Positions 60,306 to 64,000 of a DNA stretch of 64,000 nt are shown in pieces. Both the position numbers and the translations under genes were made by a program. The notes beneath the pieces were generated by a model. The model ran no database searches and was not told the origin of the DNA. It saw only the letters and a program-made list of their open reading frames with translations. Each line of letters starts with the position of its first letter. Within the stretch, counting starts at the first letter, position 1. Location: NCBI GenBank assembly GCA_937998645.1, contig CALLCZ010000032.1, positions 5,593-69,592 on the forward strand, written 5' to 3'. Source of the DNA: an uncultured Gammaproteobacteria bacterium (lineage in GTDB: Bacteria > Pseudomonadota > Gammaproteobacteria > SZUA-229).

Positions 60306-62489
60306 CTACAAAGAAAGCGTGTCCTTGAGGATCTTCGGTGTTACGAATATCAGCAGTTCTGCTTTTTCATCACTTTCCAGCGTGTGTTTGAATAAATAAC
60401 CCAGTATCGGGATGTCGCCGAGCAGGGGCACCTTGTCGACTTCATCGCGGGTAATCTGTTCATAGATACCGCCGAGCACAATGGTGTCACCGTTATTGAC
60501 CAGAACCTGGGTGTTCACTTCGCGGGTATCAATACTGGGGATTCCGGCAAAGACTTCACCTACGGCATCTTTATTCACCTGCAGGTCCATGATGATGCGG
60601 TCATCGGGTGTGATCTGCGGCGTAACCTGGATGCTGAGCACGGCTTTCTTGAATTCAACCTGGGTGGCGCCACTCGATGTTGCGGACAGGTATGGAATTT
60701 CTACACCCTGCTCGATAAAGGCTTCATGCCTGTCGGCTGTGACCACGCGCGGGCTGGAGATGATCTCACCCTGGTTCTCTGCCTGCAGGGCTGACAGTTC
60801 AAGGTCAATCAATGAACTGCCGCTCAGAATCGAGAATGCAATGCTGCCTGTAGCCAGACCGGAGGTAGGCAGGTTAACGTTGAAACGGTCTGCGGTCCCG
60901 AACGGGATACCGGATATGCCGTTACCGCCATTATTGACCACATCGTCGATCATGCTGTCCGTGGCAGCAATCGTACCGGATGTGTTACCTGCGCCGGCTA
61001 CGCCGTCGATTGAGGTCGTCTTGGTGAAGCCGAAGCGGTTACCGAGTTCACGCGTAAAGTCATCCGTAGCAATCACGATGCGTGATGAAATCATCACCTG
61101 GCGAACCGGGATGTCCAGTTCGGCAAGAATCTTTCTGATCTCTGAGATCACTTCATCGGTGTCTTTCACGATCAGGGTATTGGTGCGTTCATCGATGATG
61201 ACGCTACCGCGTGATGACAGCAGGCCTTCGCTGCCACCGTCTTCGCCGGTTTCTCCAACAAACAGTGGTTCCAGTTCGGTTACCTTGGCGAAGTTAATCG
61301 TGAAGAAGGCAGTACGAATCGGCGCAAGTTCAGTGATTGCCTGTGCAGCTTCGAGATCGATTTTTTCCTGTGCGGCAATCTCTTCGCTGGGTGCAATCAG
61401 CATCACGTTGCCTGATTCACGCTTGGACAGGCCCTTGGATTTGAGGATGATATCCAGTGCCTGGTCCCAGGGTACATTCTGCAGGCGAAGTGTCAGGTTG
61501 CCATCAACCGAGTCACTGACGACAACATTGAGGCCAGTAAAGTCCGCGATAAGCTGGAGTACTGCACGTACCGGGATATCCTGGAAGTTGAGTGACAGAC
61601 GGTCGCCGGTATAGCCGAACTTGTCCTTGATTTTCTCATCCAGGTCCTTCTTGCTGATAGGCTTGAACTCGATGGTGAAAATATTGTTTGCCTGGTATGA
61701 GACATGTTCGAAATTCCGGTTGACGGGTTCGATCTCGAGGCGGACTGTACCATCCTGCTCAAAACTGCTGACAGATTTTACCGGAGTTGCAAAGTCGAGC
61801 ACGTCCAGTGTCTGGCGCAGGTTATCTGGCAGATTCGATCCCAGGAACTTGACTACAACCTTGCCAAATTCCTCGTTGATGTCCATTGGAATATTGCTTT
61901 CAGTCAATGTAACGACAATTCGGCCTTCACCGTTTTCCCCACGACGGAAATCGATATTACTGACACCTTTCTGTATGTCGCTGAAACGTTGTGATGTTGC
62001 TGCAGATTCAGCCGGGCCACTGCTGCCGGCAGCAAACAGGTTGCTGGTTGACTCGCTGTCGAGGGTGATCAGTACGTTGTTTCCCTCTGTGCTGACAGAA
62101 TAAGGCACGACCTCGGTGAGGTTCAGGATTACGCGTGTTTTATCTTTTGCTGTAATCGCTGTTATTGACTGTGCAATGCCTACGCCAATAGGCTGTGAAC
62201 GTTTGGGCAGACTGCTGATAGTGCCTGGAAAGTCAAAAGCAATACGTGCTGGATTGTCAATGGTAAAGCTCAGCGGCTTCTCCATCGCCTTGGTCATACC
62301 AAGCACGATCTGTAGTCGATTTCCCGGCAATGTAGAGTAGGTGACGGACTCCAGGGTATTTTCAGCGGCTGTTGCAATACTGATGTTGAACAGCACCGTC
62401 ACAAGCAGAAGCAATCTGCCAAATCCCGGAATTATTTTTTTTATTATTCGGGTTTTTCCCATTAATAGAATGCTCATATCATGCTCCAC
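60306..62489 (-). CDS. pilQ: type IV pilus secretin PilQ
   Basis: 727 aa. AMIN, N0/N1, and secretin domain (...VPLLGDIPILGYLF...). Confidence 0.9.
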   Translation of the reverse strand: MEHDMSILLMGKTRIIKKIIPGFGRLLLLVTVLFNISIATAAENTLESVTYSTLPGNRLQIVLGMTKAMEKPLSFTIDNPARIAFDFPGTISSLPKRSQPIGVGIAQSITAITAKDKTRVILNLTEVVPYSVSTEGNNVLITLDSESTSNLFAAGSSGPAESAATSQRFSDIQKGVSNIDFRRGENGEGRIVVTLTESNIPMDINEEFGKVVVKFLGSNLPDNLRQTLDVLDFATPVKSVSSFEQDGTVRLEIEPVNRNFEHVSYQANNIFTIEFKPISKKDLDEKIKDKFGYTGDRLSLNFQDIPVRAVLQLIADFTGLNVVVSDSVDGNLTLRLQNVPWDQALDIILKSKGLSKRESGNVMLIAPSEEIAAQEKIDLEAAQAITELAPIRTAFFTINFAKVTELEPLFVGETGEDGGSEGLLSSRGSVIIDERTNTLIVKDTDEVISEIRKILAELDIPVRQVMISSRIVIATDDFTRELGNRFGFTKTTSIDGVAGAGNTSGTIAATDSMIDDVVNNGGNGISGIPFGTADRFNVNLPTSGLATGSIAFSILSGSSLIDLELSALQAENQGEIISSPRVVTADRHEAFIEQGVEIPYLSATSSGATQVEFKKAVLSIQVTPQITPDDRIIMDLQVNKDAVGEVFAGIPSIDTREVNTQVLVNNGDTIVLGGIYEQITRDEVDKVPLLGDIPILGYLFKHTLESDEKAELLIFVTPKILKDTLSL

Positions 62490-62492
62490 TTT

Positions 62493-63020
62493 TTATTCAT
62501 TACCAATTGCGATGGAAGCATCACGTTCGATGTAGCCACCAACGCCATCTGGAATAATCTCAACCAAAAATATCTCGCCTTCGCTGATGCCGGTAATGGC
62601 GCCCTCGTTTTGTCCCATGTAATTCCCTACCTTGACTCGATGTACAACCTGCTTCGGGTCTTCGATCAATCCCCATAAGTTGTCTCCCTGCTCGAGTACG
62701 CCAACCATGCGTAAGGAATCAAGCGAGAAAGCTTCGAGTGGCTGTCTTGGCCTGGTTTTATCTGGGCTGAGAAGGTCGTCTTTATCTGTTTCGTCTTCAA
62801 TGTCGACAGCCGGTTCAAACGGGTCTCTTAATTCAGCTGCGCTGTAAGTGAAACTTTCGTATGGTTTGAACTGGGGTATCGGTTTTACACTGCCTACGTA
62901 GGCAGACTTTGCCTGATCAATATAGGCATACAGATCATCTACACTCTGACTGCACCCGGTGAGTACCGATGTGGAGATTAAGGGCAAAAGAATTGTATTG
63001 AGTTTTAAATACTTCTTCAT
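62493..63020 (-). CDS. pilP: type IV pilus lipoprotein PilP
   Basis: Lipobox LTGCSQ after MKKYLKLNTILLPLISTSV. Positioned between pilO and pilQ. Confidence 0.8.
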   Translation of the reverse strand: MKKYLKLNTILLPLISTSVLTGCSQSVDDLYAYIDQAKSAYVGSVKPIPQFKPYESFTYSAAELRDPFEPAVDIEDETDKDDLLSPDKTRPRQPLEAFSLDSLRMVGVLEQGDNLWGLIEDPKQVVHRVKVGNYMGQNEGAITGISEGEIFLVEIIPDGVGGYIERDASIAIGNE

Positions 63021-63021
63021 G

Positions 63022-63639
63022 CTATTCGACCTCCAGTTCTGATTCATCCAGATACTGATAGGTAACTGCTGTGAGCTCCATTGAAAGTTTTACGCCGCCA
63101 TCTTTATCTGCAGGTTCAATGTTGATGTTCTGCAGGGTCACAATTCGGGGCAGAGCTGCTACACCGCTTATGAATTGCGCGAACTGATGGTAACGGCCGG
63201 TTACTTTCAGCTTGATAGGATATTCAGCATAGAAGTCTTTCGGGATCAGGCCTTCCGGTTTGAACAGGTCGATTTCAAGCCCGCTCGAGATGCCGGTTTG
63301 GGAGATATCGGTCAGTAAAGTCTCGATTTCTGTTTTATTGGGTAGCTGCCTGAGAAGGGCGCCGAATGACTGGCGCATTTCATCGAGTTGCTGTTTGTAA
63401 GCCTCCAGGTTTGCTGCTTTGGCGGCCTTTTCATCAAACACGGCCTTGAGGCTTGTCTCTTCTTTTTCAACCTTCTCGAGTTCTTCCAGTTTTGGCGTAG
63501 TGACCAGGAAATAACCTGCGAGAGCGACAATGATGCACAGGAATGCAATCAGGAAAGCTTTTACGATCCCGGGTGCTGTACCGATATGCTTGAGATCATT
63601 AATGTCAAGACTATTGAGGTCTTCGAAGGAGAATGCCAT
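63022..63639 (-). CDS. pilO: type IV pilus assembly protein PilO
   Basis: 205 aa, single TM, coiled-coil. Conserved position in the pilMNOPQ operon. Confidence 0.8.
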   Translation of the reverse strand: MAFSFEDLNSLDINDLKHIGTAPGIVKAFLIAFLCIIVALAGYFLVTTPKLEELEKVEKEETSLKAVFDEKAAKAANLEAYKQQLDEMRQSFGALLRQLPNKTEIETLLTDISQTGISSGLEIDLFKPEGLIPKDFYAEYPIKLKVTGRYHQFAQFISGVAALPRIVTLQNINIEPADKDGGVKLSMELTAVTYQYLDESELEVE

Positions 63640-64000
63640 TAGCCTTCCTCCTCTTCATCTGTTTTTGGCGTCGACTGTGAAGTTGTCAGCACGAACTCGC
63701 TGCTTCTGAGCGTGCCTTTCTTACTCTCGATTACGCTCAGCTTGGGTGTGGCCATCCAGTCGGAGTTATCGATATTGCGCATGTAGGCAGAAACGCGGCC
63801 GTTTGATTCTGCGATACCGTTTATGTTGATACCTGTTCCAGACTGCTTGATACCCGTTAAATAAATGCCTTCAGGGACTGTGCGAACGATTTCGTCGAAT
63901 AAATGCACAATTTGCGGCCTTTTTTGCTGCAATGACTGAATAATGTCCATTCTTGAAAGTAGCTTTTCCTTGGTCTCTTCCAAACCTTCAATTTCCTTCA
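63639..64000 (-). CDS. pilN: type IV pilus assembly protein PilN, C-terminal part (gene continues beyond the window)
   Basis: The open frame continues to the window edge. Its position upstream of pilO fits PilN. Confidence 0.7.
   Translation of the reverse strand, partial: KEIEGLEETKEKLLSRMDIIQSLQQKRPQIVHLFDEIVRTVPEGIYLTGIKQSGTGININGIAESNGRVSAYMRNIDNSDWMATPKLSVIESKKGTLRSSEFVLTTSQSTPKTDEEEEG

Overview
This is a chromosomal segment from a Gram-negative, probably gammaproteobacterial, genome with gene order strikingly similar to the Pseudomonas pilT/pilG/pilQ neighbourhood. It is almost entirely core genes. Gene content, in order: aceA' (5'-truncated)–rraA–pckA; a LysR regulator; a two-component module (receiver-only response regulator, sensor kinase, small periplasmic protein, outer-membrane barrel) followed by a LuxR-type response regulator and a MipA-like outer-membrane protein; galE; cysQ; a HAD hydrolase; a complete type II secretion cluster gspC-D-E-F / gspG-H-I-J-K-L-M-N with a rhombosortase-like rhomboid protease gene inserted between gspF and gspG; a metW 3' remnant–yggT–proC; three tandem PilT-family retraction ATPases (pilT, pilU, a second pilU-like); hspQ–pyrC'–pyrB–pyrR–ruvX–yqgE–tonB-like–apbE–gshB; the Pil-Chp chemosensory cluster pilG-H-I-J-chpA-chpC, with no pilK or chpB; rsmE–metF–ahcY–metK (activated methyl cycle) with a recognisable SAH riboswitch in front of ahcY; dnaG–dgt–aroB–aroK; and pilQ-P-O-N (pilN partial). 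There are no defence islands, no CRISPR and no obvious prophage. The unusual content is: (i) a family of MITE/REP-like elements built from CTGCGC/TTGCGC octamers at six or more intergenic loci; (ii) a 1.1 kb ORF-free, hairpin-dense region where yggS is expected; (iii) local gene decay and rearrangement (metW remnant, metX/yggS absent, rraA 3'-end duplicated after pckA, HAD gene 3' end duplicated); (iv) a rhombosortase gene embedded in the T2SS locus; (v) triplicated PilT-like ATPases. ORF-track coordinates include the stop codon, and some ORFs begin with TTG/GTG, so starts were adjusted where homology suggested it.
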